Part shown: positions 47,422 through 56,316 of the stretch, one piece after another
How the letters are laid out: each line of letters opens with the position of its first letter
How positions within the stretch are numbered: the stretch's first letter is position 1
DNA from: Clostridia bacterium
Lineage (GTDB): Bacteria; Bacillota; Clostridia; Oscillospirales; CAG-272
Assembly: GCA_017441005.1 (NCBI GenBank)
Contig: JAFSAM010000073.1
Span: 7,619 to 71,618 of the forward strand
Length of the DNA stretch: 64,000 bases
Reading direction: 5' to 3'
Position numbers and translations under genes: made by a program
The notes under the pieces: model-generated
The model's database searches: none
What the model was told of the DNA's origin: nothing
The model's input: the letters and a program-made list of their open reading frames with translations, nothing else

Positions 47422-48555
47422 TTACTTGTTTTGCGGTTTGAAATACTGGTAATAATTACAACGGATCATACCGTTGTAAAGCCTTCTTATTTTGTCGGCA
47501 CGCCTTCCGTATCTTCTTTCGAAGTTTTCATCATTCGTCAGGATATAGATCTGCCATCTGTCAAGTTTCTTAAAAGCTTTTCCCATGTTTTCATAAAGCT
47601 TAAACACGGCGTCGGCATCGGACAAGCGTTCTCCGTAGGGGGGATTACATACAACAGTACCCTTTCTCCCCTCCGTATCGATATCCAAGGCGTTTTTTTC
47701 AAAGCACTTAATGTATTTAGCCATACCCGACTTTTGTATATTCCCTTGCGCGATACGTAATACCTCTTTATCTATATCGCTTGCATAAGCACAAAATTCA
47801 ACGTCTTTTTTTATGTTTGACAAGGCCTCATTTCTGGCATTTACAAAAACTTCGGATGAAATATTATCAAACTTCTCGCATATAAAACTGTTATTAACAT
47901 TAGGCGGTGTGTTTGTCATGATCATCGTAGCCTCGATCGGTATAGTAGCCGAGCCACAAAATGGATCCCAAAACAAAACGTCCTCCCTCGGTCTTGCGAT
48001 CTTCGCCATTGCAGCAGCAAGTGTCTCGCGGATAGGCGCACCGCCCGAGGCGGCTCTGTACCCTCTTTTATGGAGCGGCACTCCGGATATATCGATCATA
48101 AGATCGCCTTTATCGTTAAAAATGAAAAACTCTATCTGCTTTTTCACTCCGCATTCATCAAACCAGCCAATGCCGTATTTATCTTTTAGGCGTTCAACAA
48201 CAGCCTTTTTAATTATCTTCTGGCAATCCGGCACCGAAAACAGCTTCGATTTTATAGAATGACCCTTAACAGGAAATTCATCGTTTATACCGATCCATTC
48301 TTCCCAAGGTAAAGCTTTTGTACTGTCAAAAAGCTCTGTGAATGAATATGCCGAAAAGCTTCCGAGCTTGAGATAAATTCTTTCGGCAAATCTGAAGTTT
48401 ATATTGCACCTTGCAAATGCAGTCATATCTCCTTCAAAGTATACTCTGCCATCAATAGTTTCTATTCTTTTATAACCCAAAGCATCTATCTCTTCGCCCA
48501 CCAATTTTTCAAGTCCAAAAAGACAGGTAGCAACAAAAACAAACTTTTCAGCCAT
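47422..48555 (-). CDS. THUMP-domain class I SAM-dependent RNA methyltransferase (RlmL/YpsC-like, COG0116)
   Basis: THUMP N-terminal region, DPFCGSATIPIEA (motif I), VVCNPPYGERL (NPPY motif IV). ATG 48555 (MAEKFVF...) is preferred over ORF-track start 48615. Confidence 0.85.
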   Translation of the reverse strand: MAEKFVFVATCLFGLEKLVGEEIDALGYKRIETIDGRVYFEGDMTAFARCNINFRFAERIYLKLGSFSAYSFTELFDSTKALPWEEWIGINDEFPVKGHSIKSKLFSVPDCQKIIKKAVVERLKDKYGIGWFDECGVKKQIEFFIFNDKGDLMIDISGVPLHKRGYRAASGGAPIRETLAAAMAKIARPREDVLFWDPFCGSATIPIEATMIMTNTPPNVNNSFICEKFDNISSEVFVNARNEALSNIKKDVEFCAYASDIDKEVLRIAQGNIQKSGMAKYIKCFEKNALDIDTEGRKGTVVCNPPYGERLSDADAVFKLYENMGKAFKKLDRWQIYILTNDENFERRYGRRADKIRRLYNGMIRCNYYQYFKPQNK

Positions 48556-48665
48556 TACAATTCTCCGGAAAATATTAATATATAGAATTATACATTTTAT
48601 TGCAAAAAAAGTCAAGAAAACGATATATTATTAAAAATAAAAAAATATAAATAACAAAAAAATAC

Positions 48666-48694
48666 TTGACACTAAAAAAAATAGATGGTAAAAT
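48666..48694 (+). promoter_or_regulatory. Sigma-A promoter of the riboswitch / P-type ATPase unit
   Basis: TTGACA (48666-48671), 17-nt spacer, TAAAAT (48689-48694). Confidence 0.65.
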
Positions 48695-48703
48695 ATATGT
48701 ATT

Positions 48704-48813
48704 GTAAAAGGGAGTAGCTTACGCGGTATTTCTGCGTCTTCTGATCGTCAAGACAACTTGAGTATTTCAAGTTCGGTCAGATGATACTTTTTTGTATTTG
48801 GCAAGACTTTTAC
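48704..48813 (+). promoter_or_regulatory. yybP-ykoY family (Mn2+) riboswitch aptamer
   Basis: P1 is GUAAAAG (48704-48710) / CUUUUAC (48807-48813). The conserved GGAGUAGC lies just 3' of the P1 5' strand, and the conserved GGCAAGAC lies just 5' of the P1 3' strand. Internal helices are ACGCGG/CUGCGU, UCUGAUCG/CGGUCAGA, AACUUGA/UCAAGUU and AUAC/GUAU, matching the four-way-junction layout recalled for the L. lactis aptamer. Confidence 0.8.
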
Positions 48814-48839
48814 GGTGCATAGCCGTAACGGTCTTTTTT
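48803..48839 (+). terminator. Riboswitch expression-platform terminator
   Basis: TACGG (48811-48815) / CCGTA (48823-48827) with outer AAGAC/GTCTT pairing, followed by a T-run (48834-48839). Its 5' arm overlaps the aptamer P1 3' strand, so P1 formation would preclude termination (ON switch). Confidence 0.7.
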
Positions 48840-48886
48840 GATTTTGTAAGAAAAAATATTATATAAACAATTAAAAGGAGAAAAAA

Positions 48887-51622
48887 ATGAAAGCACATTT
48901 AGCTCAAACTTCCGAAGTACTCAAGCACTTTGAGACAACGGAAAACGGCCTCACCACTGCCGATGCACAAAGCAGGATTGAGAAGTACGGCAAAAACAAG
49001 CTGATTGAAGCAAAAAAAGAAACAATGCTCCACCGCTTCCTGAAGCAGTTGGCTGACCCGATGATCATCATTCTTCTGGTTGCTGCGGCAATATCCGCTG
49101 TTGTTGCATTCGTAGAGGGTGAATTCCCCACAGACGTTTGCGTAATTATGTTTGTCGTAATCCTCAACTCGGTATTGGGTGTCCTTCAGGAAAGCAAAGC
49201 CGAAAAAGCAATTGACGCACTGAAGGAAATGACAGCCGCGACCTCGAAAGTACTCAGAGACGGCAAACTCGAACACGTCAAGAGCGAAGACCTTGTTGTA
49301 GGTGACATAATCATTCTTGAAGCAGGTGACGCAGTCCCCGCAGACGCAAGACTGATCGAATGCGCATCCATCAAGGCTGAAGAAGCAGCCCTTACCGGTG
49401 AATCCGTCCCCGTAAACAAGAAAGTCGAAGCACTTGAAACAAGCTCCGACGATGAGGTTCCCCTCGGTGACCGCAAAAATATGGTATACATGGGATCAAC
49501 CATTGTATACGGTAGAGGTGCCGCTGTTGTTGTTGCAATCGGTATGGACACCGAAATGGGTAAGATCGCCGATGCACTTGCACAGGCTCAGGAAGAAAAG
49601 ACTCCTCTCCAGGTCAAGCTCGGACAGCTCAGCAAGATCCTCACATATCTCGTAATTGCAATCTGTGTTGCAATGTTTGCTTATAAAGTAATAGTTGCAA
49701 TGAACACAGCCGAAGGCGTTACCCTAAGTACAGCACTTAACTCGTTTATGTTGGCAATAAGCCTTGCTGTTGCCGCGATCCCCGAAGGTCTTGCGACCGT
49801 TGTTACCATCGTTCTTTCGATCGGTGTAACAAAAATGAGTAAGAGAAATGCAGTTATCCGCCGTTTGACCGCAGTTGAAACTCTGGGTTGTACACAGATC
49901 ATCTGCTCTGACAAAACCGGTACACTTACACAGAATAAGATGACAGTTACCGAACACTTCGGTGACGACAAAGAATTGCTTGCTACCGCTATGGCTCTCT
50001 GCTCGGATGCAGAGCTTGATGATCAAAATAAGGCAACCGGTGAGCCCACGGAATGCGCACTCGTAGACTTCGCATATAATTGCGGTCTTCACAAGAATGA
50101 TCTCAAGGCAAAATCTCCCCGTGTAGGCGAGGCTCCCTTCGATTCAAGCAGAAAGATGATGTCCACCGTCCATTCTACAGGTGATGGCTATGTACAGTAT
50201 ACTAAGGGTGCTCCCGATGAAATACTGAAGAACTGTACTACTTATCTTTCCGGCGGAACCGTACTTCCTCTTACAGACGATGTACGTGCACAGATCCTTA
50301 AAGAAAACAAAAACAAGGCTGATAAGGCTCTCCGCGTACTTGCGGCGGCATACAAGAAGCACACTTCTCTTCCCGAATCCTTTGCGCCCGAAGCACTCGA
50401 AAACGAGCTTACCTTTGTAGGTCTCGTAGGTATGATCGACCCTGTTCGTCCCGAGGTTAAGGAAGCGATCGAAAAATGTAAGCTTGCCTCCATAAGACCC
50501 ATAATGATCACAGGTGACCACAAGGATACTGCCGTTGCAATCGCAAAAGAGCTCGGAATCATTGAGGATGCTTCACAGGCTATAACCGGTGCTGACCTCA
50601 ACAAGATGAGCGACGAAGAGTTCCTTGCAAACCTTGAAAAATATTCCGTATATGCAAGAGTTCAGCCCGAGCATAAGACAAGAATAGTAAGAGCTTGGAA
50701 AGAAAAAGGCATGGTTACCGCTATGACAGGTGACGGTGTAAACGACGCTCCTTCGATCAAGTCCTCCGATATCGGTATCGGTATGGGTATCACGGGTACA
50801 GACGTTACGAAGAATGTTGCCGACATGATCCTTGCTGATGACAACTTTGCAACCATCGTTTCGGCTGTAGAAGAGGGCAGAAAGATCTATGATAATATCC
50901 GTAAGGCAATTCAGTTCCTTCTCTCTTCAAACCTCAGCGAAGTATTCTCGATCTTCACAGCAACAATAGTTGGATTTACAATCCTCCATCCCATCCACAT
51001 CCTTTGGATCAACCTCATCACAGACAGTCTTCCCGCTCTTGCTCTCGGCATGGAAAAGGGCGAGAAAGACATTATGGAAAGAAAACCCAGAAACTCCAAA
51101 GACGGCATTTTTGCCGGCGGTCTGGGAATAGACCTGTTCTATCAAGGTGTTCTCGTTACGCTGCTGACTATAGCCGCATACTGCTTCGGTCTGCACCATG
51201 AGCTTGCATTGCACGTCGACGGATATACAATCAGTCAATTTTTCAACTACCTCACTTCCAACGCCTCCGAATTTGGAGCAGCACTTGAACCCGTTGTTGA
51301 ACTTGCAAAAGAAAGCGGTGTAACAATGGCATTCCTCACAATGAGTATGGCAGAGATATTCCATTCTATGAACATGCGTTCACAGCGCGGCTCGATCTTC
51401 AGAATGAAATCCCACAACTTCTATCTCTGGGGCGCAATGCTTCTCGCACTCATCCTTACTACTTGTGTTGTAGAAATCCCCTTCCTTGCAGGCGTCTTCG
51501 AATTCCAGCACTTGTCACTCGTAGAATACGCAGTTGCAATGGGTCTTGCACTTTCCATCATTCCCATTGTAGAAATTGTAAAATTCATTCAGAGATCTCT
51601 CGCAAAGAAAAAGAACGCATAA
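48887..51622 (+). CDS. P-type ATPase, P2A (SERCA/YloB-like) Ca2+/Mn2+ transporter, catalytically intact
   Basis: LTGESVPV, AAIPEGLATV, ICSDKTGTLTQNKM, KGAPDEIL, MITGDHKDTA, TGDGVNDAPSIK; 911 aa, 10 TM. Confidence 0.93.
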   Translation: MKAHLAQTSEVLKHFETTENGLTTADAQSRIEKYGKNKLIEAKKETMLHRFLKQLADPMIIILLVAAAISAVVAFVEGEFPTDVCVIMFVVILNSVLGVLQESKAEKAIDALKEMTAATSKVLRDGKLEHVKSEDLVVGDIIILEAGDAVPADARLIECASIKAEEAALTGESVPVNKKVEALETSSDDEVPLGDRKNMVYMGSTIVYGRGAAVVVAIGMDTEMGKIADALAQAQEEKTPLQVKLGQLSKILTYLVIAICVAMFAYKVIVAMNTAEGVTLSTALNSFMLAISLAVAAIPEGLATVVTIVLSIGVTKMSKRNAVIRRLTAVETLGCTQIICSDKTGTLTQNKMTVTEHFGDDKELLATAMALCSDAELDDQNKATGEPTECALVDFAYNCGLHKNDLKAKSPRVGEAPFDSSRKMMSTVHSTGDGYVQYTKGAPDEILKNCTTYLSGGTVLPLTDDVRAQILKENKNKADKALRVLAAAYKKHTSLPESFAPEALENELTFVGLVGMIDPVRPEVKEAIEKCKLASIRPIMITGDHKDTAVAIAKELGIIEDASQAITGADLNKMSDEEFLANLEKYSVYARVQPEHKTRIVRAWKEKGMVTAMTGDGVNDAPSIKSSDIGIGMGITGTDVTKNVADMILADDNFATIVSAVEEGRKIYDNIRKAIQFLLSSNLSEVFSIFTATIVGFTILHPIHILWINLITDSLPALALGMEKGEKDIMERKPRNSKDGIFAGGLGIDLFYQGVLVTLLTIAAYCFGLHHELALHVDGYTISQFFNYLTSNASEFGAALEPVVELAKESGVTMAFLTMSMAEIFHSMNMRSQRGSIFRMKSHNFYLWGAMLLALILTTCVVEIPFLAGVFEFQHLSLVEYAVAMGLALSIIPIVEIVKFIQRSLAKKKNA

Positions 51623-51636
51623 AGCTACCAAACATT

Positions 51637-51670
51637 AAAAGGTGTGTACAAAAACGTACACACCTTTTTT
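51637..51670. terminator. Terminator after the P-type ATPase (usable from both strands)
   Basis: GGTGTGTAC (51641-51649) / GTACACACC (51656-51664) stem flanked by A4 and T6. Confidence 0.8.
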
Positions 51671-51709
51671 CGTATTCAAGTACAATAACCGAGGAATATA
51701 ACAAGATCG

Positions 51710-51793
51710 TCATTTTCTGTTGATCTGAAACAAACACATGCTACAAACTCCCACAAAGCCACCTATGATCAATCCGAGAAAAAACCAAATCAT
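51710..51793 (-). CDS. Unannotated 27-codon hydrophobic micro-ORF (MIWFFLGLIIGGFVGVCSMCLFQINRK)
   Basis: ATG 51793 lies 7 nt downstream of GAGGTG. The product is a single TM-like helix with a basic tail, stop TGA. It lies between two terminators and is below the 60-aa cutoff of the ORF track. Confidence 0.5.
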   Translation of the reverse strand: MIWFFLGLIIGGFVGVCSMCLFQINRK

Positions 51794-51842
51794 CTATATA
51801 CACCTCGTTTTTATTAGTATTATTCCCGAAAAGTATTTATTG

Positions 51843-51880
51843 ATACAAAAAAGACGTGATTTTATCGATCACGTCTTTTA
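51843..51880 (-). terminator. Terminator after the suf genes
   Basis: AGACGTGAT (51852-51860) / ATCACGTCT (51868-51876) stem. On the minus strand it is followed by T6. Confidence 0.7.
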
Positions 51881-51883
51881 AAT

Positions 51884-52804
51884 TTATTTAAGAAAGCCAC
51901 CTATGATCTGCTCTTCAGCCTCACTCTCGGTCAATCCGAGCGACATAAGCTTTGTGAGCTGTTCGCCCGCGATCTTACCGATTGCAGCCTCGTGAACGAG
52001 CATAGCGTCGATTGAATTCGCTTCAAGCGCAGGCACTGCAACTACCCTTGCATTATCCATAATGATAGCATCACATTCTGTGTGACCGTTGCAAGCACAG
52101 TTACCGATTATCTTTGAATCAAACTTCTGATATGAATTATCCTTTGCAACAGATCTTGAAACAATATCTACAGCCGAACCGTCGCCGTCAAGCTCCGACA
52201 CGTAATCACTTATAGCAACCTGACTTCCGTGAGTCATAAGACGCTCTCTGACGATCAGCTTTGCTCCTGCTTTGAGCTTTGCTGTGGTTTTACGCTCTGT
52301 TGAGTCAACACCCTTGATCTGCACCATTTCCATTTCGACGCTGCTGTTTTCGTCGATATAAACCTCGGTTCCGGGATTCATAATACGTTTGCCGTTTCCA
52401 TCGCCCTCACCGTAGTGTTTTTCAACATATTTTACCTTTGAATTTTTACCAACGTAAAATCTATGCAAGCCGTTGTGCTTTGAATCATATTCGCCGCTGT
52501 TATGGATTCCGCAGCCTGCGACAATAACAACGTCACAATCATCCCCAATATAGAAATCATTATATACAGTTTCATCAATACCCGATTTGCTTATTACTAC
52601 CGGAATATGAACGCTCTCGTTTTTCGTTCCCGACTTGATATGAATATCAATACCGTTCTGCTCTTTTTTTGTAACGATATCAATATTAGCCGTGGTGTTT
52701 CTCATCGCTGTCTCGCCGTTTTCTCTGATGTTAAAAGCGCCCGTTGGTACAGCGTGAAGGTCGGCAACCTCGCTGAGCAGTCTTTCCCTTGTCTTATCTG
52801 CCAT
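51884..52804 (-). CDS. SufB/SufD-family Fe-S cluster assembly protein (short form)
   Basis: 306 aa with beta-helix-like repeats. The C-terminal block HEAAIGKIAGEQLTKLMSLGLTESEAEEQIIGGF is typical of SufB/D. 1-nt overlap with the upstream sufC. Confidence 0.8.
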   Translation of the reverse strand: MADKTRERLLSEVADLHAVPTGAFNIRENGETAMRNTTANIDIVTKKEQNGIDIHIKSGTKNESVHIPVVISKSGIDETVYNDFYIGDDCDVVIVAGCGIHNSGEYDSKHNGLHRFYVGKNSKVKYVEKHYGEGDGNGKRIMNPGTEVYIDENSSVEMEMVQIKGVDSTERKTTAKLKAGAKLIVRERLMTHGSQVAISDYVSELDGDGSAVDIVSRSVAKDNSYQKFDSKIIGNCACNGHTECDAIIMDNARVVAVPALEANSIDAMLVHEAAIGKIAGEQLTKLMSLGLTESEAEEQIIGGFLK

Positions 52805-53544
52805 TACTTAACACCTCCGTCGTTGAATTTCACACAAAGTCCGCGTGCTGCCGTCTGTGCAAGCAATTCAGGCAATACATCTTCTTTTTTTCCGTGCTTT
52901 TTGATCTTACCGTCTGCGATAAGAACGATCTCGTCGGCAATGTTAAGAATACGCTCCTGGTGTGAAATTATAAGAATAGAACCCTTGATATTACTTTGCA
53001 TCTGCTCAAAAATCTTTATAAGATTTTGGAAGCTCCAGAGGTCGATTCCCGCCTCAGGCTCATCGAAAACAGAAAGCTTTGTTCCTCTTGCAAGAACTGT
53101 TGCAATTTCTATTCTTTTAAGCTCGCCGCCTGAAAGACTACTGTTTATCTCGCGGTTAATATAGTCTTTCGCGCAAAGACCAACCGCAGAAAGATATTCA
53201 CAAGCCTCCGAAACCGTAAGCTCTTTTTTAGACGCAATTCTCAAGAGATCGAAAACATAGATTCCCTTAAATCTAACGGGCTGCTGAAAAGCGAAGCTGA
53301 CACCGAGATTCGCTCTCTCGGTTATACTCATATCGGTTATGTCGATCCCATCAAAAATGATTTTTCCGGAAGTAGGCTTCTCTATACCCATAATGAGCTT
53401 CGCGAGAGTTGATTTGCCGCCACCGTTAGGACCGGTAATAACGACGAACTTATTGTCTTCTATCGTAAAGCTAACGTCTTTAACAATAGCTTTATCTGCA
53501 TTTTCAGTCTTAACCTCAAATGACACGTTTTTTAATTCTAACAT
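52804..53544 (-). CDS. sufC: Fe-S cluster assembly ATPase SufC
   Basis: Walker A GPNGGGKST, signature LSGGELKRIEIA, Walker B SVFDEPEAGIDL, H-loop ISHQ. ATG 53544 follows GGAGG. Confidence 0.88.
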   Translation of the reverse strand: MLELKNVSFEVKTENADKAIVKDVSFTIEDNKFVVITGPNGGGKSTLAKLIMGIEKPTSGKIIFDGIDITDMSITERANLGVSFAFQQPVRFKGIYVFDLLRIASKKELTVSEACEYLSAVGLCAKDYINREINSSLSGGELKRIEIATVLARGTKLSVFDEPEAGIDLWSFQNLIKIFEQMQSNIKGSILIISHQERILNIADEIVLIADGKIKKHGKKEDVLPELLAQTAARGLCVKFNDGGVK

Positions 53545-53653
53545 ACATCCTCCGTTTTTTATGTACATAAAGAAATATTATACAAGTTTATTTTCAACTT
53601 ACTTATAAGTAAATATACCATCAGTAAACCCTGATGTCAATACACAATACACA

Positions 53654-55048
53654 TTAACCGTCAAGAACCTTATTCTTTTTCGGTTTATAAAAGAAGAAAT
53701 AGATACTTATGGTACAGGCACATACAAACCACCCGCACGGATAACTGAAAGCTATCGGCAAAAGCTCGTTTGATATCTTACTCGATACAATATACAAATA
53801 CACCTGTCTGAAGCCTACAAAAGAAGAAAGCATTATCAACATAGGCGCGGTACTGTTTCCCATACCTCTCAAAGAAGCGGCAAAAATTTGATTTACACAA
53901 GGCAAAATATAAAATGGAGAAAGCCAAAGTAAAAGCGTTCTTCCGCAAGTAACGATTCCTTCGTCATCTATAAAGAAACGAACGAGATATTCGGAAAAAG
54001 TCATAGTAAGCACAATTAACGTTCCCGTAATACATAACGACAGCAACATGGCCTTATATGTTCCCTGCCTTGCACGTTTATAGTTTCCGACACCGACGTT
54101 TTGCCCAACGAAGGTCGTCACTGCAAGAGCGATCGACTGAACGGGCAAGAACATAAACATATCAATTTTTGAATAGGCATTCCATCCGCCTAAAATATGC
54201 GTTTCATTTCCGTTTACACCGGCAATATACGACTGAACAAAGATATTCGAAAAAGCCGTAATAGCCATTTGCAAGCCTGCCGGAAACCCAATTTTTATGA
54301 TCTTAAAAAGTACGTTTTTGCATATTTTTATATCTTTAATAATAAGCTTGATGCAAGTTTCGTTTTTCAACAAAGCCAAAACTGAAAGAAAAGCAGAAAC
54401 AAATTGAGCAATGATCGTAGCAAGTGCAACGCCTGCGGCAGCCATATCAAAAGCAAAAACAAAGACAAAGTCAAGAACAACGTTTACCAGCGAGGAAACA
54501 ACAAGAAAATAGAATGGTCTGCTTGAATCTCCGACGGCTCTGAGGATTCCCGAAGCCATATTATAGATCATCATTCCAATTATCCCGGCAAAATAGATCG
54601 AAAGATACTGATAACCGTATGCATAAATCTCCGCACTCTCACCACGGAATATCCAATTAAGAAAATATGGAGTAAAAACAACACCTACAACAGTACAGAT
54701 AACCCCCATAACGAGAGTAACTGCAATTGCGGTATGTACGGCATCGTGCACCCTTTTGTAATCCTTTGCCCCGTAGAATTGCGAAATTACGACTCCCGTA
54801 CCTCCCGATAAACCGACAAAGAATCCAATCACCATATTTATGATCGGTCCTACGTTGCCTACTGCGGCAAATGCCTCGGTAAGTCCCGCCTGACCTATTA
54901 CCCAGGTGTCGACCATATTATAGAACTGTTGAAACAAATTGCCGACAAGCAACGGAAATGCAAATACCAGTATAGTTTTTATAACGCTTCCTTGGGTCAT
55001 ATCCATTTCTCTTCGACCGCCGAAAAAGCGTTTAAACGCCATAGTCAT
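53654..55048 (-). CDS. MATE-family efflux transporter
   Basis: 464 aa, 12 TM. N-terminal GSVIKTILVFAFPLLVGNLFQQFYNMVDTWVIGQ is characteristic of MATE/NorM. Confidence 0.88.
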   Translation of the reverse strand: MTMAFKRFFGGRREMDMTQGSVIKTILVFAFPLLVGNLFQQFYNMVDTWVIGQAGLTEAFAAVGNVGPIINMVIGFFVGLSGGTGVVISQFYGAKDYKRVHDAVHTAIAVTLVMGVICTVVGVVFTPYFLNWIFRGESAEIYAYGYQYLSIYFAGIIGMMIYNMASGILRAVGDSSRPFYFLVVSSLVNVVLDFVFVFAFDMAAAGVALATIIAQFVSAFLSVLALLKNETCIKLIIKDIKICKNVLFKIIKIGFPAGLQMAITAFSNIFVQSYIAGVNGNETHILGGWNAYSKIDMFMFLPVQSIALAVTTFVGQNVGVGNYKRARQGTYKAMLLSLCITGTLIVLTMTFSEYLVRFFIDDEGIVTCGRTLLLWLSPFYILPCVNQIFAASLRGMGNSTAPMLIMLSSFVGFRQVYLYIVSSKISNELLPIAFSYPCGWFVCACTISIYFFFYKPKKNKVLDG

Positions 55049-55077
55049 TTTTTGCTTATGCTCCTTAAATAATCACT

Positions 55078-55515
55078 TTACACTTTTTTCTTTTTCGGCA
55101 AGAGAAGCAGAATTGCTGCTACAAAACTTGCTCCTATACCAATACCGAAAGCAACCTTCAACGTTGTAGCGCCGTATGCTCTGAACATTGCCCAATCACT
55201 GTTAGCGGCGCTGTACATCGTTCTGTAAAGCGAACCTCCGGGAACAAGCGGAACGATCGAGGTAATGTAAATTGAAGTTTTCGGTGTCTTCAATACCCTC
55301 GAAAAAACCTCCGAATACAACTGACAAAATGCGGCAGCGGCAATTGTTGCCAAAAAAACACCAATATCTGTCGTTTCAAAAACAAGATAGACCGCCCAAC
55401 CGAACATTCCTCCAAAAGTTGCGGGAAGCATAGTTTTTTTGTCGTTATTAAAAAGCAATGCAAACCCCAAGGAACCGACAAAAGCGGAAAGCAACTGAAT
55501 AATAATCGTTTCCAT
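55078..55515 (-). CDS. Threonine/serine exporter family protein, small subunit (ThrE C-terminal half, DUF3815)
   Basis: 145 aa with 4-5 TM helices, 3 nt downstream of the DUF1212-type partner. Confidence 0.8.
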   Translation of the reverse strand: METIIIQLLSAFVGSLGFALLFNNDKKTMLPATFGGMFGWAVYLVFETTDIGVFLATIAAAAFCQLYSEVFSRVLKTPKTSIYITSIVPLVPGGSLYRTMYSAANSDWAMFRAYGATTLKVAFGIGIGASFVAAILLLLPKKKKV

Positions 55516-55518
55516 AAA

Positions 55519-56304
55519 TCAACCTCCGAAGAAAGCAGCGATCGGAATGATAAAACCACCTGCCAAAGCACAAGTCCAAACCAAACACTCGGTCAGTTTG
55601 ATAAGCGACGAAAGAGTATCACCTATAAGCATATTTTTGACCGCATTTGTAAAAGCAATTCCCGGAACGAGGACCATTATATCTCCGATTATTATCATAT
55701 CAGTATTAAAACCCGGAATATATTTTGTAACCAAACAGATGCCGAAGCCTATAAGCATTGAGGTCACAAAATAATAAAACACTTTATTGGGAATTCTCGG
55801 AGAAAGAATAGACGAGAGATAACAAATGATCAGCGAAAATGCACCAGAAACAAGCGCATCCTTCCATGTCCCTCCAAAAAACACAGCAAATCCTGCCGCC
55901 GCCAAAAACGAACCTACGTATGAATAAATGCCTGTTATGGGAGATTTAGTGATTTTTTCGATTTCGGCCCTCAGCTCGTCGATCTCAAGCGGCTGTTTAC
56001 AGCACCTACGGCTCAACGAATTAAGCTTATCGATTTTGGAGAAATTGGTCTCACCGCCTGCAACGACACGCCTCGTGTTTGTAAGAACCGAGCCGTCAGG
56101 GTAAGTAACCGTAAGGAGCATAACCGAAGTCAAAGCAAAAGCATCTACCTCAATCGCCCCGTACGCCATTGACATTCTTGTCAATGTATCCTCAACTCTT
56201 GCGATCTCGGCACCGGCAAACAGCATTTCTTCGCCGATGTCAAGAATAAGCTCCATTATACTGTCGCGGTATATTTCTTTATCATCCATATAAACAAACA
56301 CCAC
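55519..56304 (-). CDS. Threonine/serine exporter family protein, large subunit (ThrE N-terminal half, DUF1212)
   Basis: GEEMLFAGAEIARVEDTLTRM start and a polytopic C-terminal half. Start is ambiguous (GTG 56304 or ATG 56289). Confidence 0.8.
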   Translation of the reverse strand: MVFVYMDDKEIYRDSIMELILDIGEEMLFAGAEIARVEDTLTRMSMAYGAIEVDAFALTSVMLLTVTYPDGSVLTNTRRVVAGGETNFSKIDKLNSLSRRCCKQPLEIDELRAEIEKITKSPITGIYSYVGSFLAAAGFAVFFGGTWKDALVSGAFSLIICYLSSILSPRIPNKVFYYFVTSMLIGFGICLVTKYIPGFNTDMIIIGDIMVLVPGIAFTNAVKNMLIGDTLSSLIKLTECLVWTCALAGGFIIPIAAFFGG

Positions 56305-56316
56305 CCGAAATATGTG

